DNA of 64,000 bases from Amoebidium appalachense (GCA_963693365.1 CAVNZM010000006.1:806001-870000); one strand, 5' to 3'; counted from the first letter of the stretch, positions 36,117 through 50,840 are shown. The notes: generated by a model not told the origin, from the letters alone. Program-made: numbers and translations.

Positions 36117-37127
36117 ATGGCGTCCGTGTTCCAGTTCGTTGCCTGCGTGGCCGCTGCCGCCGCCTGTGTGTTTGGTCCCGCCGAGGCTGGCGGCAAGAAG
36201 AAGAGTGGGCCGGCCGTGGTCGTGGCCCAGCCCGTGGCAGTGCCCGTCATCCAAGCCGGTGGGTGTGCATGAATGCCACAGACATGTACATGCAACGCCA
36301 CAGACGTGCAACACACAGATTAGTACTATGTGACCTTACAGCCTAGCATCGTACGTATTTTTTTGCAAAAAGAAAAAAGTTCTGTACCTTTCTTGTTCAT
36401 TTATGGCTATCATATGCATGCAACCCACGCGTCTTCTCCCTTCGTCATTGTCACGGACATTTACACGTGATATGATACAACTTGGACAACCACCTGGCAT
36501 GGCAGATACACCCTCATCCCCCCCCATCCCCCCCCCCCCCCCCCCCCCCCCTCCCCCCCCCCCCCCCCCTCCCCTCCCTCCCTCCCCCCCCCCCCTCCCT
36601 CCCTCCCTCCCCCCCCCCCCCCCCCCAAAAAAAAAAAAAAAAAAAAAACTTCTTGTCCCCCCCCCCCACCACCACCACCACACACACACACACAGACACA
36701 CACCACCACCACACACACCCACCCCTTTCCACCCATCCTACCACCACCATCACCACCAGGGCGTGATCAGGCACACAGTCACACACACATGCAAAAGAAC
36801 ATTCATGTTCAGCCCGTACCATGTGTGTGCTTTTACTGAGTCTTGAAACACCCTGATACACTAACACATGTGCTCACACACACAGCACCCATTGCACCCC
36901 TGGCCACAAAGAAGGGCTTCAACCAGCCAATGGGGTGGGGGCAGGGCTACAACCAGCCAATGGGGTGGGGGCAGGGCTACAACCAGCCAATGGGGTGGGG
37001 GCAGGGCTTCAACCAGCCAATGGGGTGGGGGCAGGTCTACGGCCAGCCAATGGGGTGGGGCCAGCCGCTGGGCTATGGCGGTGCCATGCCGTATGGCGCC
37101 TACTATCGTCGCAGCAAGAAGTACTGA
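36117..37127 (+). CDS. Small secreted Gly/Gln/aromatic repeat protein, copy B (127 aa, 2 exons)
   Basis: Exons 36117-36258 and 36886-37127, CTAAC at 36861. Near-identical inverted paralog of copy A, ending [18 protein letters not shown] at 36018-36024. Confidence 0.85.
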
Positions 37128-38806
37128 GCAAGCATATATTTTTGGAACTGGGCATGCAGTAATCTGAAATCTGCTTGGGCTAGTGTACGTGTGGGAATAT
37201 GCTGCAAGAGCGTTGTGCCGTGAAGGATCACACAGCGCATGTGTAGAGACAGTCCTTGGCTGTGCCACTGAGGAAAAAATAAAAAAACGAAGTGGTTTTT
37301 TTCAAGCTTGACTTACACGGTTTGGAATACTGAGTCTTTCTTGCTAGTCTACCCACCGAGCCTCGTAGGACTTCCCCCCCTCCCCTCCCTTCTCCCTAAA
37401 AAACAGGGGGTTGCTTTTTTTTTTTTTTCTTTTTTTTTTTTCCCCCTTGCCACTGCCTTGCCTACCCCACCCAAAAAACCAAAACAAAAAAACAGTTGCT
37501 TCCCCCCCCCCCCCCCCCCCCCCCCCCTTGCCACTGCCTTGCCTACTCCCCCCCCCCTCCCCCCCCCCCCCCAAAAAAAAAAAAAAAGTCGCCCACCCAA
37601 ACCCCACCTTTCAGCCTCTCTCTCTACCTTCCCCTAACCTCCTCCCCCGTGTTTCCCACGCCCATAAGTTTTGCAGATCCTGCCGCCAGATCTGAAGGGT
37701 TGCATGTACCTGTATGGCCGTGCATTCAAGCGCCCACAAATTCCTAACATGCATGAGCAATGAATTGCACGTGGTCTTACGTGATTGTCCCTATACAGGT
37801 GTGCCAGTCCATGCTGCATGTGCTTGCAAATGCTCTACAGGCATACCATGGTGTCTGCCTGGGCCCGTTTTCCGACAACATTTTGTTGGCTGAGTCTGTT
37901 ATAGTGGAGGAAAACGGACAGAATTTAGGTGTGTGTGTGTGTGTTGTGTGTGTGTGTGCGTGTGTTGTGTGTGTGTGAGTCCGTTCACGCATGTGTGTAC
38001 GCGCACGTGTGCGAGTGTGCATGTGTGTATATGTGTGCATGTGTAGGCCTGTGAGTGAGGGGGCGGGTGGAAGGGGGGGGAAGGAAGGGAGGGGGGGGGG
38101 CTGAGGAAGGTAACCGGCTGTTTTATTTACTTGTATACGCAATGCATGTACCTCTTGGTACTGTTTATTGGGGGGATCCAATACTGGGTTCCATGCAAAG
38201 CTCCGAAATTAAGAAGAACAATGACAAAAGTAGTATAAACCCGATTATATCTCGAGTATTTTCCAAGGGCCAGTCCGCGTGTTCTCCCTTGTGCAGGAGC
38301 CAGGTAAGAAAGCAGAGGGTGGAAGAGACCCATGCCCCGAGGGGGGGGGGGGGGGGGGGAGGGGGGGGGGGGTAAAGCCCAAAAAGAGGGGCGGGGGCAG
38401 TGCGGTGGGGGGGGAAGGGGGGGGGGAGATGGGGGAGTGGGGGGGTTGAGGGTGTGTGTGTGTGTGTGTGTGTGTGTGGGGGGGGGGGGGGGAAGCAAAA
38501 AAGGAGGCCGGAGGGCGGCCGGGCGGGCGGGGGAGGGGGGGGGGGGGGGGGGGGGGGAGGGTTAAGTAGGTGCACAGATGTACAGACTGACACCAATCCT
38601 AATAGTGGCCATGTTGATTTACAAATCTTACGCATGGACAGCGACTAGTCATAGGCCACGGGATTGGCTGTTGCTTTCGGTTGGTCATAAGTGCATGATA
38701 CTTGCCCAATCGGACCGTCTCTTTTTCGCAACGGCATGCAATCAGTGAGATGGTTTTGACGCACCAGCAAGGGTGAGGAGTAGCAGAGAGGGGGCCCCCC
38801 TTTGAC

Positions 38807-38839
<33 letters not shown>

Positions 38840-39741
38840 AGGGGGGGGGAAGGGGGGGGGGGGGGGGGGGGGGGGGGGGGATAGGAGGAGAGAACAGTAC
38901 ACACCTGGGGTGTAATGTGTCTAGGGAAGGCAGGGGAATGGGGCGATGAGAAAAGTTGGGGCTGTGGCTGCATGTTGGCTTTGAAGGGTGTTCGGTGGCC
39001 TGAGCACGCACCACCTATCAGCTTGCTACTGCACCAGCACTAAAGCACACAAAACAATTGGTGCAGCAGGTAACACGGTGACCCCACCCCCCCACCCCTT
39101 CGTCTACCCTTATGGAAAAGAAGGGTAAAACCCACGGTGAGCCCCCCTTCCCCCTGTGCACACAATGTCATGACGTCACACACACGCACACACACCACAT
39201 CCTCCCCCGTCCTCCCATAACTGGTGCGACAGGTCGCCTGAAGTCCGGGACATTTAGACACCGACTCTACCCTACCTCGATTGTGTCTTCCAGACATTCA
39301 AACAAAAAAATGGCGAACTTGAATTTTAACGCCCCCCCCCCCCCCCCCCCCCCCCCCCTCTTGTCAAAAATACACAGTGAGTAATATATGAGAGATACCT
39401 TTAGCAAGGCTGGGGCAAGTGACCCTGGGCTAAGTGTTTTTTCGTAGTTAGGAATCGTGAGGGTGTGTTGGCTCATCTGATTGCACCCTTAGAACCCTGG
39501 CTAGAGTACAGTTGGTGCTAATAATAGTGACTCAGGTAGTTCCAAGGCATGGGACCTCTTATGGATCCCTTTGGGAACCGGGATATTATTAATAAAAAAA
39601 AAATAAAAAAAAACTTGAGAAATATGGAGCAAAAGGCAGACCCTGTCGTTCCACCTTCCCTCCTGAAATCCCTCCCCCCCCCTTTTGGTTAGGCAACAAC
39701 TACGAGAAAGATGGGAAACACAGGGGCAACATGCAACATTT

Positions 39742-39787
<46 letters not shown>

Positions 39788-40343
39788 CCCCTCTCCTCCT
39801 CCCAATGCTCCCTCACGGCCCCCCAACCCCCGTCTCCCCGAAAAAGACAACCAAACAAATGAACAAACTTGAACAAACACTGAAAAAAACTTAAAAGGAG
39901 TCAACCGGAGTTTTGATTTTAACGCGACCTTTTCATCAAGTTGCCATTCGGCACCGCTCTCTGTTGGTGGGTACGTGCCCCAAAAGACTTATATACCTAC
40001 TATCTAGACTGAGCCCGTCAGACAGAAAGGGCAAAACGACAGGGCTAAAAAATAACAATAAAGACGAGGGCAGGAGTGCTTATCAAATATAATGCCCCTA
40101 TATTTTAAAGCTAGGGGGGTTCCGGTTGCGAAATTTCCCCGGTCGGGTGAGAGGGGTCTAACGTAGTGTGGTGGGGCTGTCACGGTTTATTAGGGCGATG
40201 GGGTGTATTTGGTATCCCATATCGTGTAGCGTGGTGGTGGCTGTATTTGTCTAAAAGGTGTTGTGGGTTGCACTCTACTTTATGGCGTGCGTGTGCCTGC
40301 ATTTGGGGCAAGCCGGAAATGTGTGAGCAGGGGGGGGAGATGG

Positions 40344-40378
<35 letters not shown>

Positions 40379-40590
40379 ATGTAAGGGTTGGTGCGTTTTT
40401 TCCTACGGGTGGCAGCTCTAGGCTTGTGTTTTTAGTGTTTGTGTTTTGTGTGGGGGTCTGGGTGTAATGTCCTACATCTATATTTCCCTATATACTCAAA
40501 CAAAAGCTCAGCAGCAGATAGATTGGCTATTAAATAAGGTGGCACGGGCCCGGGGATGGTCAACCGGAAAGGAAGGCTTAGATCGGGGAC

Positions 40591-40631
<41 letters not shown>

Positions 40632-40719
40632 CCATCTTGCAAGCAAATGGTGAAGGCGAAGCGAAAGTGAGAGTTGTGGACATGGTGGAATGAATATAAG
40701 GTGTATCAATTAGTTTGTG

Positions 40720-40820
<101 letters not shown>

Positions 40821-42694
40821 GCACACACACACACAGTGCACACACACACACACACACACACAAACACAAGCACACACGCACACACACACAACACACGCAC
40901 GCAGTCACGCACGCACACATACACATACACATACACACGCACACGCACACGCACACACATGACACACACGCACACACACACGCGCGCGCACATACACGCA
41001 CACGCACATGTGCACAGACATGTACACACGCACACACATACACATACTTACACGCACGCACACGCACGCACATCATGCGCACACAGTCACGCACACGCAC
41101 AACAAACACACACACACACACGCTGTCGCAGCTCTCACACGCACACACACACACACACTCACAGCTCACCCACACACGCACACGCACACACACAGACGCA
41201 CACATACGAACACACAAACGCACATGCAAAAAAGGAAGAACACACGCTCGAACAAAACCACACGTGTACACACACGGCACACACACACATTGTGACACAC
41301 ACACGCACACACACACGCACGCACGCGCACACACACAGGCGCGCGCGCACACACATACACGCACGCACACGCACACGCACACACGCACACACACCGTGGC
41401 ACAGTAACGCACACACTCCTCACGTGGGTCGCCAAGGACGTGTGCAGTGCGCACGCCAGTTGGCCGGAATCACTGGCTAGGTGCTTGCAACCGTTCAACG
41501 GGCCACAGAGATCTATTGTAGATTTATTTGACCAATCCAGTGTTGCGACCGTCCTCGCCTCCTGAGTCTCTAATCTACAAAATGTATGCATTACTTCAAC
41601 AAGGTTTACAAAGAAGAATTTACAAAGAAGAAAATGAATCCTAAGTAAGCACATTGGCAGAAGTTGGAAGATGTAGGTAATAAAAAGACTTAGAAAGCAA
41701 TATAATTTTTGAACTCTTTGCTACACGTGACTCATTGAGTCAAGATAGATAGCAAGGTTACTTAGGCCAATCAAAACGATGTAAACGGTGGGATGGACTC
41801 CTCTGACGCGATTGGCTTGCCGCAATAACACTGATGACCCCCTATACCTAATGTCGAGCGATAATTGGAGTGGCTGGCGACTCCACGGCTGGAGGCTGGG
41901 CCCCTGACGATGTCCGCAGCAGTACAAAGTGCATAAACTCCCATGTGAACTTCCACGGTGATGAATCGGCTGAATCAGTGATGACCACCGTGACCTACGT
42001 ATACGTGCTGGTGATGGGTCCTAATACGCGTTTAAAGTATCCCTACTCTAGGGGCATAAAAAAAAGCGTAAGAGATTATAACTTTTCTTTTTTCAAATAT
42101 CTCGTTCGAATTTTCTACAATGTGTATTTGTGCAAGGCCGCTGCAAAGTTTCGTGACACAGTGGAACACCTATCTGTGTGGGAAAATGTTGGGGTTTCAT
42201 AAAATTTGTGTTCCCATTATAAACACTCAGCCTATGCTGAACAGGAACGTATTAAATAGATGAAGTCTGTATTGTGCTTGTAGCAATTTTTAATAATGTT
42301 ATTATCCAGTAGATTTGAGTAATCGAGCTGTAGGAGTGTTGGGAGACGAACCTAACATTCCACACGAATGATGCGATCCAATAGGAAGAATGCCAGACAC
42401 CTCGAGAGTCCAATCGAAGAATGCAAGACACCTCAAGAGTCCAATCGTTATGCGTTATTTTAGTAATGACGGTTCTTTCCGCCAATTGATCTAGGCCTCC
42501 TTCGCATTTCATCTGGCTCAGCCGTATATAAACGCATAAACCAGCCCCATATTCCTCAGTCAACAAACAACAGCGTCTTCACTGAAACAAACGCGAAGCC
42601 AAGTGCTCTTGAAGATCAAATCACACCAAAAACATCTCGCACGATACACAACAAATCCTAAAAACAGTAGCATCTAGCTTTCATAAACGTTATA

Positions 42695-43936
42695 ATGGCT
42701 AAGTTTGCTCTTTCCATTGCCGCTATTGCGGCCGTTTCTTCCATTTCTGATGCACAACAGAACTGCAACATTGCCTGCACACGCATTCTCAAGCCTGTCT
42801 GCGGTTCTGACGGTATCACATATTCAAACGAGTGTGTTCTTCGTAGCTTCAACTGCCGCACAGGCACAACAGTTTCCATTGCGCACCAAGGCTCATGCAC
42901 AGCCACGGCACCAAAACCCCTTATTGCCCCGGCTGTTGTCCCACCATCCCCATCGATTGCCGATCCGATTTGCCCGACGTTTTGCACCCGAGAGCTCAGG
43001 CAGGTGTGCGGTTCAAACCGTGTCACATACACCAACTTGTGTGAGCTTCAGAGAGCTTCGTGCAACAGCGCAGCACCCATCAGCAAGGCAGCTGACGGGG
43101 CATGTGGTGCTCCCCTTCCTCTTGTCCGGCCCATGATCCGGCCTCAGATTCTGCCCGATTTGCCACCCGCCCCCGCCCCCGCCCCCTTCCCTGCGCCCGC
43201 CCCGGTCCCCGCCCCGCAGCAGCCGTGCCCCAGCGCATGCACACGTATTTTGCGCCAGGTGTGTGGGTCCAACGGTATCACATACACCAACGAGTGTGAG
43301 ATGCAGAGGGCCTCGTGCGCCAGCACCAAGCCCATCACGAAGGCCGCCGATGGTGCATGTGCTTCTGGCCCTGCCCCTGCCGTTGCACCCCGTGTGATCA
43401 CACCAATCCTTTACAGCCAGGCCCCACAGCCGGCACCCACCCCCGCCGAAGCTCCCGCTGTTGCCCCCACCCCTGACTGCAACATCTTTTGCACCCTCGA
43501 GCTCCGCCCTGTGTGCGCGTCTAACGGTGTGACCTTCTCAAACGAGTGCGAGATGCGCAGTGCTGCATGCCGCCAGGGGTTGTCCCTCACCAAGGTCAGC
43601 GATGGTGCATGCCTCGTTGCTGAGGCAGACCTCAACACCCCTGCCCCGTCCCCTGCTGCCCCTATTATTGCTGCTGCCCTACCTACAGCTGTGGCTGATA
43701 GCATCAACACACCCACTGCCCAGAAACCCATCTACACCAAGTGCTTTGTGGGTGCCGATTGTGCTGAGCGCCTGGGCGGTGCTGCCAGCAACTGGTCGTG
43801 TGTGGCACACAGCACATGCCCTCCAATCACGTGTGTGCTCAACTCGGCATGGCGCCGCACTGCATGTGCTCGCAGCAAGTGTGGCACACCACTGAGCATT
43901 GGCCTGGGCTACTGTGTGCCTTCCAGCCGCGGTTAA
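42695..43936 (+). CDS. Secreted multi-domain Kazal-type serine protease inhibitor (4 Kazal domains + 8-Cys C-terminal domain), CDS intronless
   Basis: Signal-like [20 protein letters not shown]; four C-x3-C-x7-C-(G/A)S(D/N)..T(Y/F)xNxC domains separated by Pro/Ala linkers; TATATAAA near 42526. Confidence 0.93.
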   Translation: MAKFALSIAAIAAVSSISDAQQNCNIACTRILKPVCGSDGITYSNECVLRSFNCRTGTTVSIAHQGSCTATAPKPLIAPAVVPPSPSIADPICPTFCTRELRQVCGSNRVTYTNLCELQRASCNSAAPISKAADGACGAPLPLVRPMIRPQILPDLPPAPAPAPFPAPAPVPAPQQPCPSACTRILRQVCGSNGITYTNECEMQRASCASTKPITKAADGACASGPAPAVAPRVITPILYSQAPQPAPTPAEAPAVAPTPDCNIFCTLELRPVCASNGVTFSNECEMRSAACRQGLSLTKVSDGACLVAEADLNTPAPSPAAPIIAAALPTAVADSINTPTAQKPIYTKCFVGADCAERLGGAASNWSCVAHSTCPPITCVLNSAWRRTACARSKCGTPLSIGLGYCVPSSRG

Positions 43937-44216
43937 ATTTAATTTAAAACGATTGCTTGACTATGACCAATCATCGTTGTGACTGTTTAAACTAAAACGT
44001 CTGAGCTCTTCATTATAGGCACATATTTAAAATTTGGCATTAGTTCCACCTGTACTTGTAGCTGAGATGATGAGATTTTAAACGATCACCCTTCTGATGA
44101 TTTACCGATGGAATATATATGGTACTGAGTACCACACTGTTGATTCATGAAATATACGAATGACCTGAACCTAATTTATCTAGCCCATTTTGAGTTATGG
44201 CCGATCACACTGAATT

Positions 44217-44287
<71 letters not shown>

Positions 44288-44846
44288 CAAAAAAAAAAAA
44301 AAAAAAAAAAAAAACGAACAAAAGCCCCCGGCCACAAGAAAACCAGTCACCCAACAAGCATTGGGCAGACACATACACGGCTTTGCTCCCGCCTGGCGGG
44401 TCCGGAATGGATTTGCCTTTGATCTCACATTGTCGTCATACTATTCGACTTGCAGGAGCACAGGGTGTATAGACTTATAGGGCTTTATGGGGTGTATGGT
44501 GTGTGTATACGTAGTATTACGTACGTACACGTGTTGTGTAGCAAACGCAAAAGCGTGCGCTGGTAACATGCATGTTTGTGTGTGTGTGTGTGTGCGTGGA
44601 AGGGGGGGGGGGGGGGGGGGGGCATGTGCTTCCGAAAACAGCGATGTCGTATTTCATATTCTTTATTTTTTCTCTCGGACATTCAGAGCTATCCAGCTCC
44701 ACACCAAACTGCCACAATCCAAATCACTACAGATTCAGGAACAATATTATACCTGACATCCCCATAATATCGATCAATCTACATCAATCAGTCAACACAC
44801 CCTCAGAATAAATCTGGGCGAACCAAAGATAAACCCTATAGCCGAT

Positions 44847-45783
44847 TTATGTTGGCGGCTTGGCCGCATACGAGGGGGAGCGCAGGGCCGGGGTGCCTTC
44901 GAGAAGACTCCGCATGACGTCATGGTGGTGTTGGGCAATGGGGTCGTTGGGCCGGCTGTCACGCACCGCTGTGAAGTAGTATTGCTCTGTGTGTGTGGCC
45001 CGGGTGTAAGCATACTTTTCACAAACAGTATATGGTTATGCATGCATGCAGTAGCATGCAGTAACAATAATCAAACCAGCAAAAGGGATACCTTCTATTC
45101 CGTGTGAGGTCAATTATTTGCATAGTGCATAGAGGTAAGTGTGTGTGGTTAGGGAGATAGACCCACCAGCAAACTCGAATGATCCAGGGAAATGATCGTC
45201 ATGTGCCCGTTGCATCAACTCCTGCCCAGAATCCATTGTCAATCGAAGCTCCCATATCCTCAACGTTCCCCCAGCCCCCCCCCCCCCCCCCCCTCTCTCT
45301 CCCCCTCCCCTCCCTCCCCCTCTCCCGCCCCTCCCTCCCTTCTCCCCCCCTCTCCCCGCACCACCACCACCACCACCACACCCACACCCACCCAGACACC
45401 CACACACACAGAGGAGCATATCTACTGAGAGGCATGCAATGATCACCATCCAGGCACAGACATAGTTCGCCCCCCTCTCAACTCTAAAAGCACACACTGA
45501 ACACTGAGACTGCTATGTACTTCATTTGTTTACCTGGCCAACACCGTACATATCTACAAGCACAGACAATTGCATAATCCCACCACCCACAAACCAACTT
45601 GTGACCCACACGCATACAGACGCATGCAGGCACACATGCCTAGGCACGGGCTCACGGGCACACATGCATACACTTAGCTGGAGGCACCCCCTTGCCCCAC
45701 CCACCCGAACGTTCATGTATCTGTTCCGATAATTTATTCCAACAGAGACAGACATACACACAGGGGTACAGCCCTACAAATGG

Positions 45784-45815
<32 letters not shown>

Positions 45816-46754
45816 TTCACACATACACACGTGTGTACACGCACAAACACGCGTACCGTAGCCCTCTCCCTGTTGCCCATGACGGCACACAGCACTGCAA
45901 AGGCATAGAGGGCAATGAACTCCACCGGGTCCGATGGCTGCATCCCATTGGTCCTCCACAGTCAGCATCATAAATCACCGTGCCCATGCCCCATCTTACA
46001 TGGAAACCTCCAGTGTCCACACCGTAATCAGCCCCCCCCCCCCCCCCCCCCCCCCCCTCTCCCTCCCCCTGCTCCCTCCTTCCCTTTCTCCTTTGCATAA
46101 TCAACCACTACCCACCCACCTCCCCTGATCATGACTGCACAGCAAGCAAGCCCTCCCTCCCTACCTCCCCCCCTCCCCCCCCCCCCCCCCCCCCCCCCGG
46201 CCCCTCTTCTCCAAAAAAAGAGAAAGAAACGAAAAGAACGAATAAAGAAGGAGAGGAAGAGGAACAGACAGAGGGGGAGGGAAAGAGGGGGGGGGGGGGG
46301 GGGGGGAGCAAGAGAGAGAGAGAGAAAGAGAGAGAAACAACGAAAAAAAGACAGAAACACACCCACATTCACGCACCTACACAATGACCATATCCAGTGT
46401 CGTGTCATTTCCAGCCACCAAGATCTTATACACATTAACATCCAATTAACCCCAATACTGCCGACACCCACCGCACCCACCCAGCCCACCGACCTTGTCT
46501 ATCTGGCTGACGGCTGACTCGAACATCCTGTATGCTGCATCGTAGCGGTAGTCCATCTGAACCAAACCAACCTATGAGCCTGTGCATGTCATACTGAAAC
46601 CCTCCCGAATGACATGCACGCACGCACACACACACACACACACGCACACACGCACGCACGCATGCACACACACACACATCCACGCGCGCACGCACACACA
46701 TCCACGCGCAAACGTGCGCGCACACACACAGACACACACACATGCACACACGCG

Positions 46755-46801
<47 letters not shown>

Positions 46802-47150
46802 AGCACACAGGAAGCATACGTCGTGCAGTGCCCTTGCCATTCTGTCAGATAAGAGGCACATACCGGCTTCAACATCCACCATGCCAAAAACATCAGCATG
46901 TGAAAGGTCCCCCCCCCCCCCCCCCCCCCCTCTCCCCTCTCTCCCCACCCACCCACACAACCCCCCCACCCCACCCCCCACCTCAACCCTTTCCTCCTCA
47001 CCAGACAACCCTAGACCCCCCCCCCCCCCCCACAAAAAAAAAGAAGGAACAAAAACCAAAAAAAAACACGTGAATTCCCGAGGGGTGCACATATATCTAG
47101 GGGGACAGTTACCAGCAGTATGGGGAGAAGAAGGTGCCCCGGGAGGGGTG

Positions 47151-47203
<53 letters not shown>

Positions 47204-47381
47204 GGGGGGGGGGAGGGGGGGGGGGGAAATGTAATGGTTACGATGAATAGGAGACCGGCAAGTGTGGACAGGCCGTGGGTGTGTGTGGGGTGACTGTGCA
47301 CCACACGGCAGGCAGTCTGACGGGCAGCAGTGTGGTTGCCCATCATCACATGGGTGTTGGCCACGTGTGCAAGAATACGTG

Positions 47382-47458
<77 letters not shown>

Positions 47459-47555
47459 GGTGTTGGTGTGGGCGTTGGTGTGGGTGTATTGTGTGCGTGT
47501 GTGACCGTGTGCATGCACGCACGTGTGTGCAGAGTAGATAGGTGGGACGGAGAGG

Positions 47556-47608
<53 letters not shown>

Positions 47609-47973
47609 TTCTCAACGAGAAAACCAACTAAGAGCACATGAGAAGGCGCGGCCAGGCACCAAAAATCTGCTGTTGTTTGCAGCATATCTAGCCTATTAAT
47701 TGCAGGCTAAGTTGTCAGACAAAGTGCTCCCTCAACAATCCAAAAACGAAGGTGGTGTTAGAAGGGGTAAGTTGGAGCTAGGGCTAGGTTATTTAATTGT
47801 TCGTCTCTTTGCTTTCTATTCTTCTCCCTTCCGTCTTTCTATCTATTTTGGTGCTTTTTCGGTTGTTTTGTCTTGTGTTTTTCTTTCTTTTGTTCTTTAC
47901 ATTCTTTATTTTTTCTTCTTTTTTCTTATTGAATGGGAGAGGAGGGGGAGGGGGGGAGGGGGGGAGGTGGGGA

Positions 47974-48007
<34 letters not shown>

Positions 48008-48186
48008 GGGGGGGGAGGGGGAGGGGGGGGTGGGGGGAGGGGGGGGTGGGGGGGGGGGGAGGTGTTTTACCATCATTTGCGCCGTTGAGTGCACGGTCAT
48101 ACGTGTCGAGTGCATCATTGTATCTGCCCTGCTCGGCTAGGGCCATGGCTAGACGTATGTGCACCTCAGTGTACTCGGGCACAGCT

Positions 48187-48222
<36 letters not shown>

Positions 48223-49106
48223 TGGGAGGGCTTACTACAGACCACTCCTTCCTTTAATTTTGTCTAAAGGTTCCCGGCTCTGTCCTCCCCCCCCCTCCCC
48301 CTCCCCTCCTCCCCCCCCCCCCCTCCCCTCCCCCCATTCCGTCACCACAAGCGTACCTTCTATGGCCGTGTTGTAGAGTCGAATGGCTGTGTCGAGATCA
48401 CGGAACTGGAAGTGATGTAGGTGGCCCTTTATTTTTTTTTATTTTTTTGTGTGTGTATGTGTGTGTGTTTGGTGGTGGTGGTGGTGGTGGTTGGGGGGGG
48501 GGGGGGGGCCGGAGGGGAAGGGGAGGGGAGGGGGGAGGGGGGGGGGATAATGGGGGTGGTTGAGTGGGTGGGTAGGTGGGTGGGGGGAGGGGGGGGGGGG
48601 GTGGAGGGGGTTTCGAACGGTAGATCCCCCCTCCCCTTCCTTCCTTTCCTCTTCAATCACCTTCTCCAACCCCCAACTAGCTTTTTGTGTCCCACAGTAT
48701 CCACATATCCAGGTCACATACATGCACAGCAGGACTGCCCATCAACAGATGTGACATGCACACCCTCCCACTCATAGCTCCCACTCATTCCCTTATAGCT
48801 TCGTCGCACCCAAAAATCCTCGTGTTTTTCGCCTGTCTGCATCATACGCCGATATGGGGAAGGGGTAGGGAGATGGAGGGGAGAGGGGAGAGGGGGGGGG
48901 GGGGGGGGGGGGGAGGGGAGGGGGGGGGGGGGGGGGAAGGGAGCAGGGAGGGGAGGGGAAGAGGGGGGGGGGGAGGGGGGGGGGGGGGGGGGAATACCAA
49001 GAGGAAGACACTCGCCACATCCTCTGCTGGATCCCCAGCCCTCTCGAGGGCAAGTTCAAGTAAACGTTTGGCCCGGTGGAAGTGGTGCCTGTGTGTGTAT
49101 GTGTGT

Positions 49107-49178
<72 letters not shown>

Positions 49179-50510
49179 ATGTGTGTGCGTGTGCGTGAGC
49201 TTGCATGCGTGTGCGCGGCTGTGTTGGTTTTAAGTACGTGTGTGTGTGAGTAAGAGGATTGGGGGGGAAAGGGGAGGTGTTACAAAGGGAGACAAAGAGA
49301 ATGCAAGAGAGAGTACACAGCCGCCCAGATGCCTAAATGAAGCGCAAGGTGAATGGATAGGGCTTGGGGTGTTGAAGGAGAAAGGGTTCGAAACAGACTA
49401 CGTACCCCGTCAGACTAGCAAAATTTAGCCGCCCCCGGCTAAGATTGCTATGATATGTGACGCTTACCGATTTACTACTACATATGGTGGTAAATCCGTG
49501 AGACGTCATTTGTCATAGAGAGTTTAGCCGGCGGCGGCTAAATTTTGCTAGTCTAACGGGGTACGTACTCTGGTTTGAACCCTTTCTCCTTAAGGAGGGT
49601 GTTCTTATAAGAGGGAGGGGGGAGGAGGGGAGGGGAGGGGGGGGGGGGGGGGGGGGGAAGGGGGCTGGACAAAACCAGAGCAGGGGCAGGAAAGAGGTGT
49701 GGTCCCCCAAGTAGGCAGGCCACACAGTTGCCTTATGCATTGTTTGATCTGCGCACAGAGTGTGGCTACCACGTGAAATACCAATCACCTTTAACACTTC
49801 CCACAAATAATTATAATAAGAGAATTACGAAATACTTGTCTAAATGTCTTGAGAGTTTTGCATGGCAATCAAGCTAAGTGAATACCAGCAGATGAGCTTG
49901 GTGAGAACTAACGGGTGGGTGCCTTTACCTGAAGGCATAGAGGAAGTAGCCAAAGCTGCCGAAGTCACTACAAACCCCATTCATTCAGATCCCCCCCCCC
50001 TCCGGCACACACACACACACAGAACACACACACAGAACACAAACGGACACGCACATACACACAACCTAATATGTGCGCATTCCTTCCCTCCGATATAATA
50101 AGACCTACCCATCCATCTACCCACCCACCAACCCACCCACCCACTCACACTCATCCCCCCCTCCCCCCCCCCCCCCCTTCCCCCCCTCCCCCCCCCCCCC
50201 CCAACACACACACACACCCACCCAACCACCCACCCACCGACCCACCCACCCACTCACATGCCTGTCCGTGAACTTCTCCAAAGCAGTCGAGTGCACCAAG
50301 TCAGCACACATGGCCCGCATTTCCCTCTGCTGCCGAAAAACCCCCTCCTCACTACCCGCAGGGGGGTCCTTTATGTCTGTAATTTGGTGCTGGAAATTTG
50401 GCGGCCAGCCATTTCCACAGGTGACCTGTTGCAGCACCCCAAGACGGAGATCACTCTTCTCAAAGCACACTGCTGCGTCGGCGGCGTGTGCCTGTGTGTG
50501 TGTGTGTGTG

Positions 50511-50590
<80 letters not shown>

Positions 50591-50804
50591 CGTGTGTGTG
50601 TGTGTGTGTGCGCGCACACACACGTGTGCGTGTGAGCGTGGATGCGTATTTGCACGCGCGTGTGCGTGTGTAAGTATGAGTGTAAGTGTGAGCGTGAGTG
50701 TGTGCGCGCGTGTGTGTTTGTGAGTGTGTGAGAGAGTATGTGCGTGAGTGTGAGTGAATGAGTATGCGAGTGTATATGTGTCGAGTGTGTGTTGTGTGTG
50801 TGTG

Positions 50805-50840
<36 letters not shown>

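Noticed and set aside
34337-37127. True homology of the repeat proteins to vertebrate PrP
   Set aside because: No globular PrP domain, disulfide, GPI signal or His in the repeats. The similarity is short and low-complexity, so it is treated as analogy only.
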